From: Paragordius varius | Taxonomy: Eukaryota > Animalia > Nematomorpha | Assembly (NCBI GenBank): GCA_964247055.1 | Contig: OZ176051.1 | Span: forward strand, 6,386,001-6,450,000 | DNA: 64,000 bases | Reading direction: 5' to 3' | In this document: positions 13,701 through 26,600 of the stretch, piece by piece | How the letters are laid out: every line of letters starts with the position of its first letter | Position numbering within the stretch: position 1 is the stretch's first letter | Position numbers and translations under genes: made by a program | The notes under the pieces: model-generated | Told to the model about the DNA's origin: nothing | The model's input: the letters and a program-made list of their open reading frames with translations, nothing else | Databases searched by the model: none

Positions 13701-16329
13701 TAAATTTAATTTACATTTTAATATACATATATATATGCCTTTTGCTTTAGCGATTCGAAAATACAAAAAATGGCCCGAAAAAAGTGTGAGCTGATGATTT
13801 TTTACAATTTTATATTTTTTTAAAAAAAATTTTTTATAATGCGCCTAAAAGGTTAGAGAAGGCATTTTTTAAAAAAATTCGCCTTTATGCCTTAAATATT
13901 TTTAAAAATATCATTTAATAAATTTAATATTGTTTTGCAATTCGCATTTCACAAAATAAGACTCTTAATATATGAAATTAAATATATATATATATATATA
14001 TATTTAAGAAGTTTTTTTTATTTGTTATTTTTGGATAATTTAAATTTTTGCGTTGACACAAGAAATTGATTTTAATCAATCAAACAAAATTATTTGGTTA
14101 TAAATTGAAACCAAATCTGGTTGGTTATGAATATTGATTGATTATTTTATAATTTTATATTGGTTATTGTGAATAAACTGGAATAAAAGGTTTTTTTTTC
14201 AGAATTAACAATGTATGTTAACATAGGGTTATAAGACGATAAGGGTTAAATTTAACACATGAAAGCATTTATGCCCGTGACTGAGCCACATATAAAAACC
14301 AGTTAAAATATTTTAAACACCTGTCACGTGATAAGTAATAAATATAAAATGCGGGAATAAAATTCATATTTATGATATATATTTTCGATTGTCTGGTATT
14401 AATTGTCTGAATAAAATAAATCTGCATTCATAGGAAGTCGAACCCGTTATTATTTTTTGACCTGGCAAAATCACAACCCCAAACAGGAATTTATTAAGAA
14501 AAACTCGGATTTTTTTCATACAAAATTTTTATTGTTGAAATACTATCCTTTTTATATCTTTTATTAAGCCAACTTTTTATTCACCATTTCTCCTATTCAA
14601 ATAATATTAAACTTATATTTTTTAATTATAGGAAAATTTATATAAAAACAATTATAAGCACCATTTTGTGTTCAATTTTTTGTAAAAAAAGTGCAAAATT
14701 TAATCTTTTTTGGCTAAGGGGGTGTAAAATCATTTACCAGAGCTGAGTAAAATATATTATTATTAAAGAGTTAATTTATCCAAATCTCTTATATAAATTA
14801 TAAAAAAAAATTATTTTATATAACAGGTATATTATTTAAGCTATGTTATACATTGATTGAGGGTAAAATACAAAAATACACTTATATTAAGATGTTTTAC
14901 AAATATAATGTAAATAGTTTTTTATATCGCTAAATCCTTCCATCCTTCATAAATTACAAGTATTGGAATTAATGTATTCATTCGTGAAAAAGCTATCTTC
15001 AATTAAATTTTTTTTAAAAATCAAAATTTTTTATGAAAAATGGATACTTTTACCAAAAAAAAAATATTCCCCAAAGTGGTGAAGTCATTTAAAAGTCACT
15101 TAGATTCTGTAAAAAATAAATTTAGTTATAAATAAAAATACTGTTGAACACATTTTCGTAAAGTTTTTTAAAATTGTACTTTTTCCAAACATAAAGTTTG
15201 CAATGATGGTGCCTATTCAAAACTTTTACCATTAAGAGTAAATTTCCATAACTTATTTTCGTACGATATTATTTAGAGTTAATTTCATAGGTATTTACAA
15301 TTTGGAATTTCGTTATCTATAAATACTACAGTACCGACTTTATTGGCCAATTGTTATGATATAAAAGAAATTTCGTTTGTAATTAGAAACAAATTTAAAA
15401 ATCGTTAAATTTATACCATTTTACTATTTTTCGCTTTTTTTATGAGAGGAAAAAAACGAGTTTGAATAATGAACTAATATAAGTAAAACATCTGATTATC
15501 AGATTTTTAAAAAACTTTTTCAGATGTCGAATAAAGCGCTGTGGTTGTAAATAAAATCAGAACAAAAAAACACAAAACACTTAAAATGTTAAAATAATTT
15601 AATTATTTTTGTAAATTTAAATTATAAAACTTTCTATCGAATTTTGTACCTTTTGCTAGTCTTAATATTTTTTTAAATGGGAAAGCACCCGAGGCCTGAT
15701 TATAATATTATGGACGCTATTAATTTATTATATTAGAATATATAATGAAATCAACAATACAATTTAAATTCAACACTGCGTGTCAAATTTAGGGTCTGCT
15801 ACTTTGGTAAAGCAAAAACGGGGTCATATATAGAAAATACCCAACATTTGATTTTTCGCAGTTAGTTTTGAATTTTCCCCTAATATTTATATGTAATCCA
15901 TATTAAAAAAGACTTAAAAAATCCATGAAAATTTAATTTGAGGGCTTTTGAAGGACAAAAAATCTATCAATGATTTCACTTTTTTGAAAATATTTAGAGC
16001 TGTTTATGGTATCAGAAATAAAGAAACAATAAAAACTTTTTGATATCAATACAATATGCTAAAATATTATTTAACTTTTATTAGATTTAGCTCCTTTGAG
16101 TATAAAAATTTCATCAATAATATTATAACACCTGACTGCTTAAATCAGTTTTTTGAGTTTACATATTCAATGTGATTTTTGAATTCTAAAGTAAGTTTCT
16201 TAATCAATCGCCTAAATAATAAAACTACCCTATTCACCATTAATTTGACTATGTTTTTAATTTTGGGTTTTTCCTGGAAAGCCTAATCCAATTCATTTAT
16301 ACTTAACTTGCACAAACCAGAATTTTTAC

Positions 16330-16500
16330 TTTATGATCTGGTGATCTACAAGCAACTTAAATATCTGGGCATTATCCTTCGATCTGATTCCTTGGAAATA
16401 AACATTTTCCTTGGGTTGGTCGATGGGACTCGCAAAAGAGGCCGCCTTAAAAAGCGGTTTCTCGATATCAAGTCACAAGATCGTCTATTAAAAACTTATT
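16330..16500 (+). mobile_element. Degenerate non-LTR (RTE-like) retrotransposon 3' fragment
   Basis: Translation has LKYLG and GLVDGTRKRGRLKKRFLD, resembling the FKYLG and G.R.RGRP...W.D motifs of RTE-clade ORFs. Confidence 0.55.
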
Positions 16501-17933
16501 TATGAGAAAGCTTCCCAAAGACATTAATCAAAAATTTTAAGATTTAACTAACCAAAAATTAAATATGAACGGCCATTAGTATGTATATCATGAACTTGCA
16601 GGTTTTTTGAAAAATGTATTAAAGCCACCTGTATAAACCTATATTTATAAAAGGGTGGCATTTAAAAAGGGCTAATGTGCGGTAAATTAGGAATGATATA
16701 AACAAAAGTTTTATGCGTAATTGAAATACCTAAAACCATAATTAATAAAAGTGTGATGAGTATGGAAAAATGGTCTTCTCCCTTTTTGTCTATTACTTAT
16801 ATGTGGGACAAAGCATTGTGTAAAATATACCACATCACTGTGTCAGACCAAGCCAATTATGTCAAAAAAACCTATCTTAATCATTAAATTAGCAATGGCG
16901 CCACCCGATTTCCACATGGATGCTTTGAAAAAATTAAGGGAAATTTAATAAAACCCAATCATATGACACAGAATCTAAAATATCCAAAAAACGCTATGTT
17001 ACTCATTTCCGAAATTTTTCAAGACCGTCTTTTATTTAGATATAAATATATGAAAACAATTTATTACCATTAAGTCGGGATAATGTTATTAGCTATCCAA
17101 AATAAAATATTTAAAATAAAATATATGTTTTACCTTAAATTTGGCATTTGGTTTTAAGGGTAATCAATCATTCGTTACAAATTATTACATAAGTGTCCAA
17201 TTGGTTTATCCACCGAATACATTTTTGTGCAATATAAAATAGTTGATCCCGTGAAGAGTATTAGGATATATACATTTTAATATTTTACTTTAATCAGATT
17301 ATGCAGGTTGGTTTGTTTTGTTTAAATTTTATAAAAATCATTTCATTTGCCGGGCATCATAGGAACGATATGGGATATTTTGGCGATTTTAGAATTATTT
17401 CGGATTAATAAATAATATTTTTATTGTTATCATGCTATTGTGGAGAATGTTTTGGATAATTGATTTAGTAAAATCATTAGGGTTCTACAAAATTAATCAC
17501 AATCAAAAAACTTTAAAAACAATTATACATTATTTGTTCAACTTAATATATATATTATAGTAGCTATTATTAATGATGATTATCATTTAGCGAAAAAAAG
17601 TTAACGTAACTAAGTAGTACAAGAGGAGAAGAGTGTTGAGGAAAAAAATAGATTAAAAACTGATATTACACCACACATTAGATTTCTTTTTTTCCTTTCA
17701 GAACAACTAAAAACAAAAACATAAAACTCTGTAAGAGGATATTTTGGTTAATTTATTAGCGCGATAACACTACTCTACAAGTTATAACTGCACAATCTAT
17801 TATGGATATTGGCACAGCAGAATGAATTGAGGAAGGATGGATGGATAGATATTTATACTACAGAAACTGAAAACACAAAAAATTGAATGTGCTATGCGCG
17901 TAACGCGGAAAACAACAGAAAAGAATTATGGAA

Positions 17934-17970
17934 CAAGTAAGTAAGCAAGTAAGCAAGCAAGCAAGCAAGT
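17934..17970 (+). repeat. (GTAA/GCAA)n tetranucleotide microsatellite
   Basis: caagtaagtaagcaagtaagcaagcaagcaagcaagt. Confidence 0.9.
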
Positions 17971-18346
17971 TTAAGCGATTATTGGTTATTCAAAGAATCT
18001 CCTATTTCATTATTTCCTTTCATTCCATTTCATTTTTTTTGTATAAATATAGATATATACATATATATTCTTTGTTTTATATCATATACGCATCAACATG
18101 ATGATAAAAATAACACAGTTTTTAACGCTTTTTCTCTGCCTAAATATAAATATTCAACGAAGCTAACTTCCATTTTTTGTATTATCATAATAATTAAAAT
18201 TTTTATATTGTAATGTGTGTCTAGTTAACTGATTAGGTCTTTTATAAAATGTCTCTTTCTAGTTACAAACGGCTAATAAAGGGAAAAAGGTAATCCCAAC
18301 CAATATATTGGAATGAAAATGAACAGGTCATATTATTATTTTATAT

Positions 18347-18607
18347 CAGGGGTGTCCAACACATTAGCTTCGCGGGCCGCATTTTGGGATCGAAAGACCC
18401 GACGGACCGATATGGACATTAACAAATATTCTAGTAGATATTATACATAAGACTGTAAAAACAATGATTTTTCTAACAATATTTGCTATTTAATTGCCCA
18501 AATTGGAAAAAATTTATTCAAAAAATATAGATTATGGTAAAATTTACATTTAGAATTTCTCGCGGGCTGCAGAAATATTTTGGAGGGCATCGTGTTGGAC
18601 ACCCCTG
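18347..18607. mobile_element. hAT-type MITE, 261 bp
   Basis: Perfect 16-bp terminal inverted repeat (TIR) CAGGGGTGTCCAACAC; 8-bp flanks TTTTATAT and ATCTATAT (6/8 match). Confidence 0.85.
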
Positions 18608-20370
18608 ATCTATATTATAGCTTTACTTTTAAGTAAAAATCAAATGATTCCACTTCCAAGTATAATCACTCTGATAAATGTTTAGGAAAATATACTTAAT
18701 CATATGCTCCTAATTTTAATGAAATATGTCATCTTATGGATACGCGTTTTTGAAAAATATTATTAGGAAAAGTTGAAACACAAAAAATTAAATTAGAAAT
18801 TATTATTATTGTGACCTATTATTATTCAATAAAAAATAAATTTTATCATCGTACTTATTATTAATTTCTTTTACAATAAAATCTTTTTATGTGTTGAATA
18901 CGTGGTTGCAGAAGAGAATCTGTTTGCAGAAAAAAATAACTAATTTACTATAAATAAATATTTTTTGCCAAAAATCGATATATACATTGATGTTTTCGTA
19001 TAAAAATATTATTATATTATTATTATTATTGAGATTTAATGCTTTTTTGAAATAAACACTAGGCAAGCACATCTTCAATTCCCTTTTATATTTTCATATA
19101 TTATATTTTTAGTCTATTTACTTAATGAAATAAAATAAAATAAAAAAATACCATGCCATAGTTAACTGGCACTCTTTTTTTAAGTTAGGTTCTGTTCTGT
19201 TCTATTCCATGATGCGTTTTGTAATAACACATAAGCATCATCATATTTATAAAGATTGTTTTGCCTTCATCACTCTTTTCTGCAATAATCATAATTTAAT
19301 TTTACTATAGAGTCCTAATTTATAGCGTTACCAAAATAAAAGCTGCAGACAAAATATGAATAGCTATTTATCTATTTTCATAAAATATAACTAAAAGGAT
19401 GAATATATATATATATATATATATTATAGAGAGCACAAAATCGCGGGTTATAATAAATATCCCTAGACAAAATTTAATATATAATAGACAATTGTATGAG
19501 GTTTCTCATGTTACAATTAGTTTTGGGGCTTAAGAATGACATAGAAAATAATTTGCACTTTTAGGGTAATTGCTCGATATCGAAAAATCCCTAAATTCGC
19601 GGACATTATTTCAAATATTTTTTTTGGAAACTTAATGCTTTCATTTTAAAAAAAACCATTTAAAGATACCATAAACTATATATATAGAGACATAAGATTA
19701 TATTTCGTCAGGATATCTGTGTGGAAAGTGTACTATTACAGATGAAATCATCAGTTATATCCGTTTAAACAAAATAAGATGTCAGAAAAAAATACGCGGT
19801 CGATTGATTTGGTATTCACATTGCCATCAGAACACAAAACTGCTGAAGGTTATTGTTTGCCGGCAGAAACATGTGGTGAACATTTAGTTAACACATGTGA
19901 AACATGGTTATGAAATAAAAGTCGTAATTCCATTAGAAAGAGTGTGGGCGCGGTAGACGACTTCAAACGACGCTAAAGTTTAAAATTTTAGTTTATTTCT
20001 TAAATCCTATATATCATTTTAAACACCACTAATATAAACTAGCTTAAAAAATTATATACCAATTTGTCAGTATTATAAAAAAGGCAAAAAATTGAAATAT
20101 AATTAGTTTATTTATATATAATCACAATTTTTTCGTATAATTATCCGCCTAAATGGCTATAAATGCATATAATTTATATAAATTACATGCATTTTAATTA
20201 TATGGAAAAGGTTTTTAATGAAATTTAAACCAAAAATGGCTACCTAAAATCCAAATATAATCAGCTGATGTCGACATATTTTTTTAGGTAACTAGTTCCA
20301 TCACCCCAAATATTTTTGAATTTTCATTATAAATGTAATTTATATGAATTTTATGAATAATAATAATAAT

Positions 20371-20540
20371 CGGAAGGCAAGTCGCTTCAGCAAACCGTCG
20401 TTTGTTAGTGGGACTAGTGTGTAAATGAATTTCAAACCAGAGGAAACCGTCAATACACAATGTTATCGCCAACGAATGTTTATGAAACCTTACCATAATC
20501 GAAAAAAAACCGGAATGGCCCAAAGGCATGACAAAATATT
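20371..20540 (+). pseudogene. Mariner transposase fragment
   Basis: Across frameshifts and stops it reads SRFSK / C*WD*CV / FKPEETVNTQCYRQ...AQRHDKIF, matching the mariner NRFGKK-CVWWDQ-LKPGETVN..RY.QQ region. Confidence 0.7.
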
Positions 20541-20547
20541 TTGCTAC

Positions 20548-20695
20548 AAGTACTTTTTCAACCAAATGCAATTTTTTAATGAAACTCAACATTTTTTCAC
20601 CCAACGGAACTAATAATGTTGCGTTTGAATAAAAAAATGTTGCATTTGCTTGAAAAGTGTTGCATTTGACTGAAAAATGGTTAACGACCAAGATA
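20548..20695. mobile_element. Mini foldback copy of the 21-bp CAACATTTTTT array family
   Basis: About 3 forward units (tttttcaaccaaatgcaa...) followed by about 3 inverted units (aatgttgcatttgcttgaaaa...), ending GAAAAATGG like the arms at 33108 and 33550. Confidence 0.7.
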
Positions 20696-23638
20696 AAAAA
20701 TCATGCCGTTTAAATTAATGTTATTAAAAATTTATAATATGAAAAAGAGTTAAACAGTCTCAAAGCGCCAAATAGCAAATTTAATCCGGAATAATAATTT
20801 GTTTGGAATTAGTTTGATTAAGGATATAATAATCATTTTAATATCATATCAATTGTTGGGGTTTATGTCAATTCATTTCATTAATTTACCATAAAAATTT
20901 CTAAGCGCGCTATAAGATAAGGATGCCAAAATCAATGTTTTGGCTTTGTCATAATGTGTCGAGAAAAGTAGCCCTGATATATAGACGGAAGGGTCAATAA
21001 ATTGCACAACATATAGCAGATAACGACAAACATTCCAGATACAATTCAAGTCCTTACCCTTTGATAAAAAAAGGAAAAAGGAGACTCTATACTGTATATT
21101 ATTATTCCTTTTACGCTTAAAAGTTGGGGCAAATATTCGATTCATTGTGAAAAAAATTTGTTGCATTGTGCAAAGTACCAAAATTTGTATAACCGTTTAA
21201 ACAAAAATCCTTAAATCTGACAATCAATATCATATACTCAATAATAACCCTATTTTATCCTTTATTTGCTAACTTGAACCTTAACGAACGTTTTTTAAAA
21301 CAACCATATTTAAATTTGATTATTGATCACCAATAAATAGCTTACAAAAATTATTTTAGTTTTAAATAATTATAAAAAATCATTTTTCGATTGAAACGCA
21401 AGGGTTTTTTAAATATCAAAAACCAGCAAAAAACTGAAACCGTTCCAATTTCATTGGTAACTCTTTTAAAATTGAGACCAGGTTTCATATTCAATCGAAT
21501 TGATACCACAGTTCAAAATAGGAAGAGGCTTCAATTAAATGTAAAAAATCAATAATAGGTTTTATGTGGAAACAATCGAAAAACAGATTCGTAAGAAATA
21601 TGCCCCAATAAAATTATCAATGATTGTTTTGAATAATTTTAAATATATGTGCCCATAGTGCCTTCAAGCATGGCTGATTAAATTGATTTGTATGTAATAT
21701 TTCGTAAATTTATCTTTCGCTAAATTTTAACACTCAAATATAAAAACTAACAAACCTTCTGAACACTAACAACAATTAAAAGTTTTACATAATTTAATAT
21801 AACACATCTGATAAAATTTGAGATGTCGATATATAAAATTTTCGTCACAATTTATATCAAAATAATTTTGGTATAAAAGAAAGTCAGTTTTCAAAATTAG
21901 GTCGCAAGTTTCTACCTATTGCAGATGGCAAACGACTAAAAGAATATTGATTTTATGAGCAAAATCCATGAAAATAATTAAAGTGCATGCCAGTCAGCAA
22001 TATATATATATATTTACTAATACTTTCATTTCTAGTTTATCTATTTAAGGCTTTAAAAATGGCATTATTATAAAAAAAACTTTTACCAAGCAAAGCTTTT
22101 TTAGTGATAAAATGTGCTTGCTTTGTGACACATCAATACAAACTAACAAGGGCTAAATAATGGTGAAAATTCTATTATATTTATTATTTTAATAGTTATA
22201 AAGTTGGTTCATTCATTTACAATTTTTTTTATTTTAATCAATATGCATAATTTTATCCAGAGAATTTGTGTTGGTAACATACATTGTACATGGTTTTGTA
22301 GTGTGTGTGCGTCCTAAATTAAAATCTTTTTACTACCTTTTATGGTGTATTGATTTTTTTATTTTTAGTGTATCGTCTTTGTATTATCGCTCTAAGAGAT
22401 ATATATTTGTGTGAAACACCGAAATGGAAAATAGATTTTTGAAGATAAGGCACTCTTTATTTTGACTGCTCTAAAAATACTTTGTTACTTTATAAAAGGC
22501 ATCAGACAGGTCCTATCAACACTTTTGACGCGTTAATAAAACGGGAAGTTAGAGTGTCAAAATGCTTTTTCTAGAAAGATACATACAGTTTCTCCAAATG
22601 AATTTTAAACCTGTAGAAAAGATATGTACTTGATAACTAATTTTCATTACGATGTACCTAGGCTAAGCTAGACTAAATAATTGCTTAAAAAGCTATTCAT
22701 TCTATTTATGGCTAAAGCGTTAAAGAGTACGGCGCCTTTTAATATAAAACCTAAAATATAATGAAAAGATGTATTACAGAGCACAAAATTCTCAAATATA
22801 TCTATATATAAATATAGCATCTTGGGTGTGTTGTTTATATAAAATTCTTGCATTGATAACAATTTAATGTTTTTACAAAATGTCAAATAGGGTTATATAA
22901 TTAGCTAAAAAATTGTTATAACACAATCAATATGTGCATTATAGAAAAGCTAGGTTGAACCACAGGAAGACCAAAAAGCTAAATATACCACACACAAATG
23001 TTAACCACCTTTTAGGTGTGTTGTGTGTAAAAAAAATAAAAAAGGCGAAATATATAAAAATTCATGTCAAAAAATCTATTTTCCAATACATAAATCATCA
23101 CCAAAAAATATAATTGATCCTAATCTAAAACAATGTCTATCTTGTTAAATAACAGAAAAAAAGTCGTAAAACATGATTGATGAAAATTGATAAAACGAAA
23201 AATATATATATAGATTAATTGGTATTTATTTTGTATTAACAAAAAATTAAATAAAAAAGGTGAAGAAATAACTTAAAATAATATTTAATACTGCAGTTGT
23301 GGTGTGTAATAGTTATATCATATCTTTCATATACAGTCAAAATAGAAAATGTAAGGTTAAACGTAAATCATAAAAGTACCTTTTTTGTATAAAGCCGTAA
23401 CTTTAAATCAAAAATCTGTAAATTTTAAAGGGTAGAATTTAAAATTGTAATTTTTCATTGCATAAACCCTACTGGTCTTATATAAAAAATTTTAATTAAA
23501 ATAATTATAAAATTGACAGAATTTTAATTTAAGTTGCACACCGGCTTCTTAAAAAATTGGCCTTTTAATTTACGCCTTAAACTTTCAATTTTTACTGTAA
23601 AACATATATATATATATTGTTGAGCGTCCAAATTTTCT

Positions 23639-26600
23639 TTATTTTATGATAGGCATCGAGGTGGCTGATGACTCTTGGCCAGTGGTTTGTTGTGAGGAAG
23701 TAACATCAGTTTTCCATAATTGTGTTACCGTTTTTGTTTGCGTGAAAAAATTTATTGCCTAACATAAAAAAAATTATTATAGAATAAAATTTAATAAGTT
23801 GTAATTAAACAAAATGATATAAATATTCTAATACCTCTTTCCCGTAAAAATGGGAATCTCCCAAAAAGGAACCCCTTGAACCGGTAAAAGAAAACATGGG
23901 TAATGGCACAGGGATAGGAACATTGACACCAATCTTACAGTAAAAAAATATTTTTTTTTCACATAAAATTATTACATAAAATTTCTTAAAGTTTGTACAC
24001 CCAAATTAAAGTATTTTTTTAATGATTATTTTCTTATTTATATAATAAACATATAGGGTAAAACACACAATCCCAAATAAATTTTCAATTATATAAATAT
24101 ATTAAGAAATAATTTATTTTAAAATACCCACATAGCTATTTTACATTATTGTTGGCCAATTGGCAATAAAATATAGTATAGCATAAAGTATATTTTGTCC
24201 ATAATTCCATATACAAATTCAATGTTATAAAAGATAAGAAAAATTGTTTAATTTCACCCATTTGTGTTTTTTACTCACGCGTTACTATAGTACCAATTGA
24301 CTAAAAATAAAGTGAAAAAAAAATTTTTATTTTCTAAAAAAAACTAAGTATAAAACCAAGTAGAGGTAAATTACCTGACCAACATCTATACGATTAACAA
24401 ATGATTTAGCAGCTCTTCCATCATTAGTGAATATGGCCGTTCCATTTCCATAAGGATTTTCATTCACAAGGCTTATGGCATCGTTCAAGGTGTCAGCATG
24501 ACAAATTAACATAACTGGCCCAAAAATTTCTTCCTTGTAACATGTCATATTTGGCTACAAAAAACATAATTTATAATAATAAGCAAAAACATATTTAAAA
24601 AGTAAATTGGAGCTCCAAAAGTGGTTTTGTAAAAAAAACATTGGAACCGCAAAATATATATTTTTTTTGATGTTTAATCAATTTTTGTTACAATGTTGAC
24701 CTTTGCATATTATTTTCTATATGGTCTTAAAAGTTACCAGTTTTAGATTTAAAACAGCTAATAAAAGAAATATTGCTGTTGCTATCATATTATAATTTAA
24801 TTATCTTTAATTTTGTCATATAATAACAAAATAAAAAGCATATGATCAACAAATATTTAAACTAAAAATCATTTTTTACAAATAAACGGAATCTCACCCA
24901 TTTTTCGCGAAAAAAACCGGTAAACAAATCTGGTTTAAACGCCAACCATATAGAAAAAAATAAAACTTTTTAGCTATATAAGTTTTTTTACCTTGACATG
25001 ACTCAATATAGTGGGTCCCAAAAAATTTCCTCCCAGTGATTCTATTCGATTATCAATGGTGCGTCCATCTAATTGACATTTAGCGCCTTGTTCGATTCCC
25101 TGTGATATGAGCTGTTTTATTCGCTCCTTACTTTGTGGCGATATAACAGGTCCGAAATCGGAATCTTTAACGCTCCCTGTTAAAAATTAATTTTTGTAAA
25201 CAGTTAAAAATTTATTGATTACGTAAATCCGAAAACTAAAATGTGAAAAATCTTTAGGCTGCTATTCCACTAATAGTTGAGATTTGGAAAATTTTCTAAA
25301 AACAGTCAAAATGAAAAAAAATAACAAAAACGTATTATAGTCTTATCTGCCATCTAATTATTTTTTAATGATTTTGCCCACGAATCGGTTATACATATTT
25401 AATTTTATCATAACTAATAATCTTTCTTTTTGCCATTTAAATAAAAAATTAAAATATATTATGTATAAAAATTAAACTATCAAATTATTAAATATTTCTG
25501 TAAAAAATTAAAATATATTATGTATAAAAATTAAACTATCAAATTATTAAATATTTCTGTAAAAAAATTGAATAGACATAAATATTGATAATTTATACAA
25601 TATTTATAAAGTACTTAAAAAAGTTTTTTTTGCATACCACTTACAATACTTTATAAAACCCAGTTCAACTGTTGAAGCCCTTAAAAAAAAGTGTCTGTTT
25701 AAACAATATCATATATAACGAAATTGATAAAATTATTTTTGCAGTTTAAAATAATATAATTTGTCCATAAGATCTAAGCTTAAATGCGTATTAAATATTT
25801 TAAAATTGGATTTAAGCAAATATTTTAACCTGGTCCAACTTTAAGTTGTTTTGCGGCTTTTACAATGTCAGGGATCCATTCTTGCGCTTTTCCAACCAAC
25901 ACAATAGTTGAGAGAGCCATACATCTTTGACCAGCAGCTCCGAACGAGGCCCCAACAATCTCAATAATTTATAGATTATATATGTTAAATTTAATAAAAA
26001 ATAAATTAATTTTCGATTTTGATTGATCTACTTAGTCAAACGTAAAAATGAATCAAAATATAAAAAAAATTCGAAGTAAATACGTATTAAATGGGATTAT
26101 ACAAACCTAGAAATATGTATAGAATTAATGTAAATTTTGGCCTTTATTTTGCTTTTTATTTAAGCTTTCAATTTAGTGATGTACTTGCAATAACCTATAA
26201 TAATCAATTTATTTGAATAATAATGGAATTCATATAGTATTATTAAATAAAGTTTTTTCTTAATATCACACATATTTAAATTCAATTTCGTGGTTTTCAA
26301 AATTGTGTGAGTGTTTTGTTGAAAAATATTTCCAACACTATTCATCATATATAAGTATGTAAAAAAATCGAATTTTCCTCCAAAAAAAATATATGAAAAA
26401 TCAATTAAGATAAAATCATTATTCCAAGTCGATTGTTTGGTAAGCTAAAATTGTATGTACCGATTTTATGGTGGCAGATTTATCAGCATCCGGTAAAACT
26501 ACCCCATGATTTTTGGCTCCCATGTTGGCTTGTACTCGTTTTCCATGTAATGAAGCTGTTTCATGCACGTATTTGCCCTAAAAAATACCATAAATTTTTT

